Part shown: piece by piece, positions 11,327 through 21,657 of the stretch | Layout: each line of letters starts with the position of its first letter | How positions within the stretch are numbered: the first letter of the stretch is position 1 | Position numbers and translations under genes: made by a program | The notes under the pieces: generated by a model | Seen by the model: the letters and a program-made list of their open reading frames with translations, nothing else | What the model was told of the DNA's origin: nothing | Databases searched by the model: none | DNA from: Eledone cirrhosa | Lineage: Eukaryota | Length of the DNA: 64,000 nucleotides | Assembly: GCA_964016885.1 (NCBI GenBank) | Contig: OZ024741.1 | Span: forward strand, 392,026,001-392,090,000 | Direction of reading: 5' to 3'

Positions 11327-13808
11327 GGTTTGTTGGTTCACCACTGGATAGAACTGGTCATTCCGTATGGTCAACCTTGATGTAATATTATGGAGAGCAC
11401 TCAACGTAATGCAACTCACCCGTCTTCGTTTGTGTAGTTGGTGGTGCGAGTACGGAGTTAATTATTATAAAATAACGGGAGGCTGAACTGGTGTAATTCC
11501 TTAAAAGGTTAATATAGATGGCGAGCCCTAGCTTTTGACGGCAAAATTACAGGCACCAACAACACCTTCAACCTGAAATTGAGAGCCTACCCTCCTAAGG
11601 TAACTGAACTTGCTCCTTTCGAGACGGACCTTCTTGACTTAGTCGCTAACATTTCCTTTCGCAAACACATTAACACCTTTCAAACTAAACTCAGAAATGA
11701 TATTAAGAAATTTAGGTCTTCTAATAACACCTTCGTTCTTTCTGACAAAACTAATAATATTTACGAAGTCGACAACACCACTTTCCGCCACCTGGCCCAT
11801 AAATCTATTACTTCTAAATATAAGAAAGCTAACCCTATGGTCTACCACGACATTAATACAGAAGCCAAGGAACTTGCCGCCGACCTTAAGGTAGATAAAA
11901 AGCTACAATCTCTAGCTAAGCGGGAGGTGTTCCTCACCCTGAAAGATCACAAGGTAGACTTTACTTCTAACCCCACATGTAGACTAATAAACCCGGCACG
12001 CACAGATATGGGACTAGCAGTAAGGCCATACTTAGAAACATAGTTAAGACCATTAGGACCAAGTCCAACCTGCCTCAGTGGGAGAACAGCGACTCCGTAA
12101 TTAAGTGGTTTAACTCCTTAAAACCCCAAAAAGCGAAGTTCACACAGTTTCACATTGTCGATTTTTACCCGTCGATCTCAGAGACCCTGTTAAACAAAGC
12201 GTTGGACTTCGCTACCACTTATACCACCGTCGATGGTTTAGACAGGGAAATCATCGCTCACTGCCGGAAAACCCTCCTCTTCAACGATGGAGTAGCCTGG
12301 GCAAAGAAGTCTACAACTTCAGACCTATTTGACGTCTCCATGGGATCGTTTGACAGTGCTGACGTATGTGACTTGGTTGGCCTTTTTATCTTAGACATTA
12401 CGTGTTAGATTCCCGGACTTCCACACGGGAATATACCGTGACGATGGACTGACTTTATCGAGCCATAAAAGTGGTCACAACCTCGACCGTTTTAAAAAGG
12501 ACTTAGTTTCTACCTTCAATGAGTTAGGACTTACGATAACAGTAGCCACCAATCTCTCTAGCGTGGATTTCTTAGACATTAATTTAGACCTTCGCACACC
12601 CACCCACAGACCCTTCCATAAGCTAAACGAGAAACTCAATTACATTCACAAGGACTCGTGCCACCCTCCCACTGTTTTTAGAAACTTCGTTAAGAATATC
12701 AGTACTAGAATCTCAAACCTCTCCTCTAATAAGGCTATATTTGACAGGGCGGCACCCTACTATAACATGGCGTTGGCTAACAGAGGCTTCTCACAACCTA
12801 TCACTTACTCTCCCACTAGCAACAACACCATTAAGAAAAGTAAGCGCAACAATAGACAAACTATCTGGTTCTCTCCTCCCTTCTCACTCAACGTTAAAAC
12901 CAATGTAGGAAAAAAATTTCTAGCCCTCTTAGATAGACACTTTCCCATAGGTCATAAATACCGCTCCATCTTTAACTGACACAAAGTTAAACTAGGATAC
13001 TCCTGCGCTAAGAATATGAAGGCCCACATTACCAGCAGCCCTAGGAGCAACACCCCACCAGGGTGCTCTTGCCGTAAGCCTGAAGCTTGCCCCCTTCAAC
13101 AGCAATGCAACACACCAGCTGTAATTTATGAAGCTGTGGTCACTTCCAACCGACCAAACGAACCACAGGAGGTCAAATCCTATGTGGGCATGGCGGAGGG
13201 CCGATTTAAGGAATGTTTCCTGAACCATAAGTCTACCTTCAAGTACCCGGACAGACGTTCATCCACAAAACTCGCGAGCCACGTATGGTCCCTCAAGGAC
13301 TCAAGTATAGACTACTCCATTCAATGGAAAGCCATCACTAAGTCAAGCCATGTGCAAGGGGAAATCCGATGTGTGGCTTATATATTGACGAACGAATAAC
13401 TATTCTAAAGAGATTACGCAATAGTGATTGCCTAAACACGAGATATGAATTTTTCACACATTGTCCACACGTCGCCAAACACCTATTGCATAACTACAAG
13501 GCTCCGGACTGATTCTTTGTAAAAAAATTTTCAACCTAAAAACTTTTCGGACTTTCGCAGTTATCTCCCTTACACCTCTCGCACGCAGTCTAGTATTGCC
13601 TGTGTGAAGTGGTCGGGTTTCTGCGCATGCCCGTTCGTAAGGTTGTCCTTCCTGTTCCTATAGCCATGCCCATTCCGAGCTGAGGATCCGGTAAGGTGAA
13701 ATAATTGTTTTCGGTATGGTGAACTAACTGTTGTGTAACCACTTCTACCTAACTCGTCCCATGGACTGAGTGCTCTATCACTACGGATATTACCTTCCAG
13801 TATTCCAC

Positions 13809-13811
<3 letters not shown>
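11327..13811 (+). mobile_element. degenerate Penelope-like element (RT, Cys-rich linker, GIY-YIG), probably Naiad-like
   Basis: SDKTNNIY, LKDHK..CRLINP, IVDFYPSI, VSMGSFDSA, GIYRDDGL, FLDI, CSCR..CPL..C, VIYEA..SYVG..F..H. Several stops and frameshifts; flanked by (TA)n. The 5' boundary is approximate. Confidence 0.9.
13670..13719 (+). ncRNA. type I hammerhead ribozyme in the Penelope 3' region
   Basis: ccattccgag-CTGAGGA-tccggtaaggt-GAAA-taattg-TT-ttcggtatgg. Stem I 9/10 paired, quasi-palindromic stem III. Confidence 0.8.
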
Positions 13812-13852
<41 letters not shown>

Positions 13853-13856
<4 letters not shown>

Positions 13857-15349
13857 TCATCATCATCATCATTTTACGTCCGCTCTTCCCTGCTTGCAAG
13901 GGTGGGACGGGTCTTATTCAGCACAGCATCTCTCCACTTGTCACGGTCCTTCGTCATCTCCACCGTGAGCTTCATCGATCTGAGGTCTGTTCTCACCACC
14001 TCCGCCCATGTTTTTCATGGTCTACCTCTACCACGTCTTCCTTCAAATGGCATTTCCCGGCACTTCTTCACCCATCGGTCATCCTCCATGCGCATCACAT
14101 GTCCATACTACCTCAGTCTCCTCTCTCACACACTACATTCTATCCCTCTTAGACACAGTTTCTCAACACATTCATGCTGGGTCGTTCACGCACATTGACA
14201 CTGCACATCCAACGGAGCATGCTTGCCTCATTTCTCTCCAGCTGTCGCATATCCTCTGCAGTTGCTGCCCATGTCTCACTACCATGCAGCATTGCGCGCC
14301 TCACACAGGCATCATATAACTGACCTTTCGTACGCAGGGAGAAACCCTTCTTCGTCAGCAGAGGAAGCAGCTCCCTAAACTTCTTCCAACCCATCCTTAT
14401 TCTAGATACTATGGCCTCGGAACACCCCCCTCCCATGCTAATCTGATCTAGGTACTGGAAGCTATCCACCACTTCTATAGCACCCACCTGCATTTGAAAA
14501 ATGTGTCTATCAATGCGACTTCTACTGTCTAATTTCCCTGTACATCTACTGCATACGTATTTCTCCCTACCTGTTAGTTTGCCTGCTATCTCGCTACATC
14601 TCTTGTGTACCCAGAATCTGCATTGTGTGCATTTTATAGAATTTATGCCAGTTCCTTTTCTGCATATCGAACATGGCCATTTCCCTGACGGAATCAGAGT
14701 TTTGTCCTCTTTTCTACTCATCAACACTTTTGTCTTCGCTAGGTTCACTCTCAGTCCTCTTGCTTCCAACTGTTGTTTCCATAGCCAGAATTTATTCTCC
14801 AGCTCCTCTACTGATTCTGCTATAAGAACCAGATCGTCAGCATAGAGAAGTTCCCATGGACAGCCAGTCTTAAACTCCTCTGTTATGGTTTGGAGGACTA
14901 TAATGAACAAGAGCGGGCTGAGGACCGAACCTTGATGTACTCCTACTTGTATCTGGAATTCCTCACTAAACTCCATTCCAACCCTGACTTTACTGACAGT
15001 ACCTCTGTACAAAGTTTGCACTGTCCTCACAAGCCATTCCTCAACACCTAGTTTCCTTAGGGACCACCAGATGACAGATCAGGGTACCCTATCAAAGGCC
15101 TTCTCTAGGTCAACAAAGGCTAAGTATAGTGGCTTATTTTTCTCTAAGAACCTCTCTTGTAATTGTCTCACCAAGAAGAGGGCATCTGTTGTACTCTTCC
15201 CAGGCACAAAACCAAACTGCATCTCATTTAGTTTGACCCTTTCTCTGATTAGTTGTACTAATATCCTTTCTGCCACTTTCATAACCTGATCCATCAGTTT
15301 TATACCCCTATAATTGCTCTCCAGAGAATCCCCTTTACCTTTGTAGCAA
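13853..15349 (-). mobile_element. 5'-truncated RTE LINE of a second subfamily (short 3' UTR)
   Basis: CYKGKG..QFGF..DLEKAFD..GVHQGSVLSP..LLYADD plus a C4HC3 insert; frameshifts; (GAT)n tail. Confidence 0.92.
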
Positions 15350-15373
15350 TATATATATATATATACACATGAA

Positions 15374-15551
15374 TGAAGTAATTCCATCGGAAAAGTCCAG
15401 GAAAAAAGAGTGCTCTATGTATGCAACAGAGCTTAATTATTATTATTATTATTATTATGTAATAAACAACATAAGGCAATTATTCCATTTACCAGTGGTT
15501 TCTTAAAAGCAAAAGGTTTTGCTTTCAATCCTCAGAATGAAAAATCCTGGT
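15374..15551 (-). mobile_element. short hammerhead-bearing repeat (same family as 19230-19530 and 20030-20272)
   Basis: Near-identical to 19230-19390; bounded by (TA)n. Confidence 0.8.
15483..15542 (-). ncRNA. type I hammerhead ribozyme motif
   Basis: tttcatt-CTGAGGA-ttgaaagcaaaa cc ttttgcttttaa-GAAA-ccactgg-TA-aatggaa; all three stems pair. Confidence 0.85.
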
Positions 15552-15559
15552 ATATATAT

Positions 15560-16279
15560 ACACACACAGATACATTGTAGGTCGCTTTAACCCGTCTTTT
15601 ATTATTCAAAAAACTTCTTGTCAATAAACATTAACCCTTTGTGCGCGATTTATCTAACTGTAGACCAACAAATACCAACTAAACGAAGCGTTGACAAGAA
15701 TGATGGCGAATGAATCTTCGAGGTAAGCAGTTTCCTCCCAAGCTGTTAGTTCACGCCGGATTCTCTGCTACACCTTTTCGTAATAATACCGAACAACGTA
15801 CTGTTGGTCACTCCTTCCTCCAAAAGCCGTACAAAGCGGACATGTGAATCGGGTAGATGGATTGGGTGCAAATCTACACCAGGCCTATGCGAGAAATTCG
15901 CAAGGGACTGCACCGAGAGAGATAGAGAGAAAGAGTAACTTAGTGGAAAGAGAGCGAATGAACTTTTGAGGTAAGTAGCCTACGCCTTACTGCTATGGCA
16001 CTGGAACCTTCTGCCAACTTAACCTGTGACTTTCTCTTTCACATTTACTCCAAAAGGCCAAAACAGAGGAGTATGAAAAGAAGGGGCTCAACAATATTTC
16101 TATGAACAATGCACGTAGACAGCTAAACTGTACTTTCAACTTCTTAATTTTCTCCAAATAAAACAAGTTTCCTGTCGGTATATTTTCGTGAGTTTTTAAC
16201 AGGCACCCACAAATAAACGTTTAACTGGGGGTGGTATTACCAATGTTCTTACCCGTGCAACGCCGGGATACACTGCTAG
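15560..16279 (+). mobile_element. non-autonomous Helitron 3' part
   Basis: Subterminal hairpin CCCGTGCAACGCCGGG, then CTAG|T at 16276-16280. Confidence 0.7.
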
Positions 16280-16790
16280 TTCTACAATAAAAATTAACAA
16301 CACGAAACAAACGCAGTTTATTTTTGTTGTAGATGCAATAATTCATTTTTTTTTTTGTTCCTTTTAATTAAATTTTCCTTTCGTTTCTCTTATTACTGGC
16401 GTTTAGTCCAAGGTCGCGTGTAGCCAAACAAAATGATAAAAAGTAAAAGTGGATGGTTTTATTGAAAGGTCGCACAGAATAGGTTTCTTAATGCGAGCAA
16501 CCAGTTTTTAAAACTATTTTTTTAATGAGAAAATATATTTTTTATTTAAGAATTTGGCTGCTATTTCAAGCAAATCAAACGATCTCATTGGCCATGCAAA
16601 TTAATAATCAGAATCGATTGAAAAAGAAGATAAACACGAAGAGTAAAAATTATCGACAACTTATAAATATGGATTTAGATATAAAATATAGATTTTAAAC
16701 CTGTATAAATAACGAGATTAGCAGTTTTCTTTTTAAAAATGCAAGTTTTTGTTAGAGCTAACTGAATAACACGTGTAAGCTGCACCTCAA

Positions 16791-16910
16791 TACCAGTGAG
16801 CTAGCAAAGGAAGCTCTGTGGTCACTAGGCTTGCTAGAAATAGCAGCAGTATCTCTCCCAAATCACAATCTACCATCTTCAAAAAAGGACACAATCGATA
16901 ATGTAGTCGG
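16791..16910 (+). repeat. interspersed repeat fragment (gctagaaatagcagc motif, also near 2670, 2702 and 16553)
   Basis: Recurrent motif within the window. Confidence 0.5.
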
Positions 16911-17021
16911 ACGTACACCATTCGGCGAAAAAGAAAAACGAGATGGTAATGGATGAATGCTTTTGATCACACACACATCCACATTATATATATAACAAAG
17001 GTGTGTATATATATATATATA

Positions 17022-17228
17022 TATAATATAAGAATGAAGGAACAAAGCGTCAGTGTTGCATCATAACATATTACATATGTTTCACTATCGATCAGCTCGA
17101 GGAACGATCTATTACAGATCGAACCTGACTCTGGAATCGAAAGATCCTCAGATATGCCTCAGTATGTAAGCTCGTCTCTGATTTTGTGCAACACTGAGTC
17201 TTTGTTCCTTTATTCTTATACTATTATA
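17022..17228 (-). mobile_element. small inverted-repeat-bounded element carrying a hammerhead (Penelope-derived/retrozyme-like)
   Basis: Arms ataagaatgaaggaacaaagcgtcagtgttgca / tgcaacactgagtctttgttcctttattcttat enclose the ribozyme. Confidence 0.7.
17066..17157 (-). ncRNA. type I hammerhead ribozyme motif (extended stem II)
   Basis: gcatat-CTGAGGA-tctttcgatt..gatcgatagt-GAAA-catatg-TA-atatgt. Palindromic ACATATGT stem III, GUA site. Confidence 0.8.
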
Positions 17229-17299
17229 CTCTGCTCTACACGAGCATCAAGTGCTCACCCGGCATACCGCCTACGGGCGCAATTTTCTTGCACCTATAC

Positions 17300-17375
<76 letters not shown>

Positions 17376-17445
17376 AGGGACTAACGCGAGTTTCTGACTC
17401 CGTTACTTCATTTCGATATATATATATATATATATATATATTCAT

Positions 17446-17589
17446 TTTATTAAGGCTAAATAGTGAGAGTTGTTACTCTGGAGTCCCGGCTGTTAATCAC
17501 AGGGTCAACAGAACTCTTCTTGTCTGATGACCCTGTGATAAATAGACGAAACTCCAGAGTAAAAAAACTCACTATTTAGCGTTAATAAA
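17446..17589. repeat. ~67-bp-arm foldback made of two opposite hammerhead-like copies
   Basis: The left arm is the imperfect reverse complement of the right arm; ~10-nt loop. Confidence 0.85.
17520..17565 (+). ncRNA. degenerate type I hammerhead motif
   Basis: ttgt-CTGATGA-ccctgtgataaatagac-GAAA-ctccagag-TA. Stems I and II are imperfect here and better paired in the mirror copy. Confidence 0.55.
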
Positions 17590-17653
17590 TAAAAATAATA
17601 TTTAAACTCTACTTCGGTATTGAGACCCCTTTTCTTTCAGCCGTCAACCACAT

Positions 17654-17691
<38 letters not shown>

Positions 17692-17703
17692 TTATATATA
17701 TAA

Positions 17704-17789
<86 letters not shown>

Positions 17790-18970
17790 GTGTGTGTATT
17801 TGCGCGATCAAGGCTGACCTAAGGTTAAAAAACAGTTTACTTTTAATGCTTGAAAACTTTATTTAACTATATATGGCAGACTTAATCCGTTTCCCGGTTA
17901 AACAACACAACCTGGTATTTATTTTGGTACCTTTAAGGGAGTCAACACATTGTTGCAAGCACTCGGGCCAGGTCGGTTTGAGGATACCTTTCTCCCTCAT
18001 CTCAACAATCTTGGAGGCTCTGGAAGTGATCATAAGTATTGCCCTTCTCTACTAACAGATTAAAAAATAAGGGCTCCGCTAATCATTAAAATGTGATAAC
18101 ATTTTTGGGAAAAAAATAAATAACAGGTTGGGAAGTTATTCCGAAAATCTGTCCAGATAAATAACAGCAAATACCTGTTTCCACATCAAACTAAAATTTA
18201 GGTGAGCATTAATGAAAACAAATGTCCAGATATTGTATTAGATAAAGAAACACTATCGCAAATGCTCGGTTTGAAATGAATGTTGGCAAAAACCATATAT
18301 TAGGCTATGTATATACGCGTTTTGTGTACGCAAGCATATTTATTAATAAATGTGTGGATAGAATGGAATTTGAGATGAAAGTAAGTGAACGTTGAAAAGT
18401 TTATGATTGCATCATCACGAAGCTGGGCGGGGGATACTATAGTATAACTTCTTAAATACCTCTCTACATTGAAATTCACACGCATATGAAATATTTATAA
18501 CTGTTATACACCGACACGTCTGATATATATATATATCAGACGTTTCATATATATATATATACGTATATCAGACGTGTCATATATACATATATAACGATTT
18601 TCATAAACATGAAAAATTATAACTTCTCAATTTACGTAAATTTCGAGTTGGGTTATTGAGATTTATTTATGATAACATGTAAGTCGAAATATATATCGTA
18701 TATATTGCATCTAGTTTATATTCTCAAATAGAGTTTTATGATATTCATTTAAAGCCTTAAGATGGATCACAGAGAAGAAATAACTTGTAGTTTATCTCAC
18801 ATCTAACTTGGAATTATATATAGAAAGTATTTTGAAGTAGATCAGAAAGTGAATAATTTGACGTCAAATTACAACATAAAACACATAATGGATTTCTATA
18901 CATTTGGATTTAGGAAATTTTATAATACTATATAATTGTTAAAAACATCATGATGATAAAAGATGCTTAC

Positions 18971-19013
18971 CGACAGCAGCATTTTGGGAATCGATATTCA
19001 CTTTGAGAGCCAT
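18971..19013 (-). CDS. EPRS: EPRS coding exon 1 (MALKVNIDSQNAAV + phase-1 G)
   Basis: ATG at 19013, 43 nt, followed by donor GTAAGC. Phase 1 joins exon 2 in frame. Length and character resemble the N-terminus of metazoan EPRS as recalled (MATLSLTVNSGDPPLG in human). Confidence 0.7.
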
Positions 19014-19174
19014 TACAAAAACACACTTTATCGCAACAGTCCACAATGTGGAATAAAATAATTGTGTATAAGGGAAATAAGTCTTGCTGTAAGGGCAGAC
19101 AACTATAACAACTCTTGACCTAATGAGTGAGCGTCAACGTTTACTTCTATGATAATCCCTCTTACATCTAAGTC

Positions 19175-19231
<57 letters not shown>

Positions 19232-19323
19232 AAGTAATTCCGTCGGAAAAGTCCAGGAAAAAAGAGTGCTCTATGTAGGTAACAGAGCTTAATAGTTATG
19301 TAATAAACAACATAAGGCAATTA

Positions 19324-19380
19324 TTCCATTTACCAGTGGTTTCTTAGCAAAAAATTTTGCTTTCAATCATCAGAATGAAA
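19324..19380 (-). ncRNA. type I hammerhead ribozyme motif (3-nt deletion in stem II)
   Basis: tttcatt-CTGATGA-ttgaaagcaaaattttttgctaa-GAAA-ccactgg-TA-aatggaa. Confidence 0.75.
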
Positions 19381-19529
19381 AAATCCTGGTCTGTTTATTG
19401 AATTTGGATTTTAAAAAACAAAAATGCAATCTATATGAAAGTGAGGCTGGAGAAGGAAGAAGGAAAGGAAAAATAAAATAAAAACACACATGCAAACACA
19501 CACACACACACACACAAATATGCATACAT

Positions 19530-19614
<85 letters not shown>

Positions 19615-19705
19615 CACATACATATATGTGTATATATATACACACATACACATACATATACACATACATATATACAACCACACACACATATATACATACA
19701 TATAT

Positions 19706-19766
<61 letters not shown>

Positions 19767-20180
19767 TACACATACACATACATAGCCATACACATGTACA
19801 TATACATACATACATACATACATACACACAATCATACCTATATACACACGTACATACATACACATACATAAATGCATACATATGCATGTACAAAATTAGA
19901 AAAATATACACACACCTCTACATGTATGTGTATATGTATGTGTATGTGTGTATATATATACACATATATATGTGTATATGTGTGTGTGTATGTATGAGTG
20001 TATGTATATATATATATATATGTGTGTGTGTATGTATGCATATTTGTGTGTGTGTGTGTGTGTGTTTGCATGTATGTTTTTATTTTATTTTTCCTTTCCT
20101 TCTTCCTTCTCCAGCCTCACTTTCATATAGATTGCATTTTTGTTTTTTAAAATCCAAATTCAATAAACAGACCAGGATTT

Positions 20181-20240
20181 TTTCATTCTGATGATTGAAA
20201 GCAAAATTTTTTGCTTTTAAGAAACCACTGGTAAATGGAA
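20181..20240 (+). ncRNA. type I hammerhead ribozyme motif (intact)
   Basis: tttcatt-CTGATGA-ttgaaagcaaaa tt ttttgcttttaa-GAAA-ccactgg-TA-aatggaa; canonical core, GUA site. Confidence 0.88.
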
Positions 20241-20333
20241 TAATTGCCTTATGTTGTTTATTACATAACTATATATATATATATATATATACAGTATATT
20301 AACAAATGGAAACTATATTTATAAAAGTATATT

Positions 20334-20398
20334 TATTTCATTATACATATTTCAAGGACACCAAGTTAAATTATGGTGTGCTTTCATCAGATAAAATA
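20334..20398 (-). ncRNA. type I hammerhead ribozyme motif (different family)
   Basis: tattttat-CTGATGA-aagcacacca..tggtgtcctt-GAAA-tatgta-TA-atgaaata. Stem I 8/8, stem II 9/10, AUA site. Confidence 0.8.
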
Positions 20399-20899
20399 TA
20401 ACATAGACCAGTTTTATAAATAAATATTGACATACCCTTAAAAAATGCAACCATTACTGTTGGAAGCTCCCAGATATATATAAATATAATACTAGACCAC
20501 ACGTTCACTTCAAAATATTTTTTGTAAATCATGTTCACTTAAAAATAATGTTTAAATAATTAAAATATACACATAATGTGAAATGAAACTGTGTGTGTAT
20601 GTATATATATAAATGTGTGTGTGTATACATATGTAGCGAATAGATGTATTCTTTGCAGGATGAATGATAAAAAGAATGATGCAAGAATTGTGATGATGAC
20701 AATGTTTATTTTAAAATAATAAAATTCATTTGTTGGTACATTGAATATTGAGTAATAAAATCGTGACAGCAATTATCACTACATTAATTTTCTTACTAGC
20801 TACTTCAAGCTAGCATGAATGCACGTATGAAATAAAACATAGTAGAATTCTGTTACACATACATATATATGTATGTGTGTGTGTATATACATATGTGTG

Positions 20900-21177
20900 G
20901 ATGTCAACTATTGTCCACTCAGTCTAATTAGCTGCATTGCCAAACTGATGGAATCCTGTGTCAGCGAAACACTTTGGAGCTTCTGGAACTCTCTCAGTCT
21001 TATCCGGCCTTTGCAATTTGAATTTATCCCTAACTCCAGCTGCTGTGATCAACTTATCAAGTTTCTTGAAGACATCACCCGGATCACTGATGGCAGCTCA
21101 TGGGTGGATGTTGTTTACCTTGTCTTTGCTAAAGCTTTTAATTCTGTGCCACACAAAAGACTTATGGCAAAACTATA
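20900..21177 (+). mobile_element. CR1-like RT internal fragment
   Basis: NYCPLSLISCIAKLMES..VDVVYLVFAKAFNSVPHKRL. Confidence 0.85.
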
Positions 21178-21657
21178 GATCAAAGTATATCCGTTGAAGG
21201 TTTAACAATATTGCTTTAGCTTTTATAAAGTAGTTTTACAGTCTCTGATTTTACAGAACAAAGAAAAATTGATACTATTTGAAATTAATCTACCCTCCAG
21301 CTTTTATCCATATACTACTTACAGACCGTACTAACGGAGCAACACTTCAGAAGCAATGTTATGCGGTATATTGCTGTGTTTCAGATGACGTCCTTTGGAG
21401 CTGAAAAATATCATACTGACTATGGTTATTTCACATTTAAAATCCAAAGCCAATGCTACCATTTAATCGGCAGTTTACTCTCCCAACCTAATAAGGAAGT
21501 TTTTTTTTTATGTCTCTCTCTCTCTCACGCACACACACCCACATTACAGTCTTACCTCATATCAGACAACACATCCAAATACAGTCGTTTTCTCTTTTAT
21601 CCGTCTTCTCTTAACTGTTCTCCCGGACGAAGCCAGGTACCTCAGCTAGTATTATAT

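Larger units (their letters stand above)
19292..20272. repeat. ~1 kb inverted repeat (~240-bp near-identical arms, microsatellite spacer)
   Basis: 19292-~19530 is the reverse complement of ~20030-20272. Confidence 0.92.

Noticed and set aside
12977-12979. In-frame TGA in the Penelope ORF as selenocysteine (reported for some Naiad elements)
   Set aside because: It is not at an evident Cys position and is more simply CGA>TGA. The linker cysteines use TGC, other stops and frameshifts are present, and I saw no SECIS.
18513-18579. gacacgtctgatatatat..atatcagacg palindromes
   Set aside because: Short, TA-centred slippage/inversion products; no ribozyme core.
19370-20191. YI/HT/CV-rich ORFs here and near 8135-8550, 10917-11385, 13570-14198 and 17154-17527
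   Set aside because: Translations of (TA)n, (CA)n and (CAT)n microsatellites.
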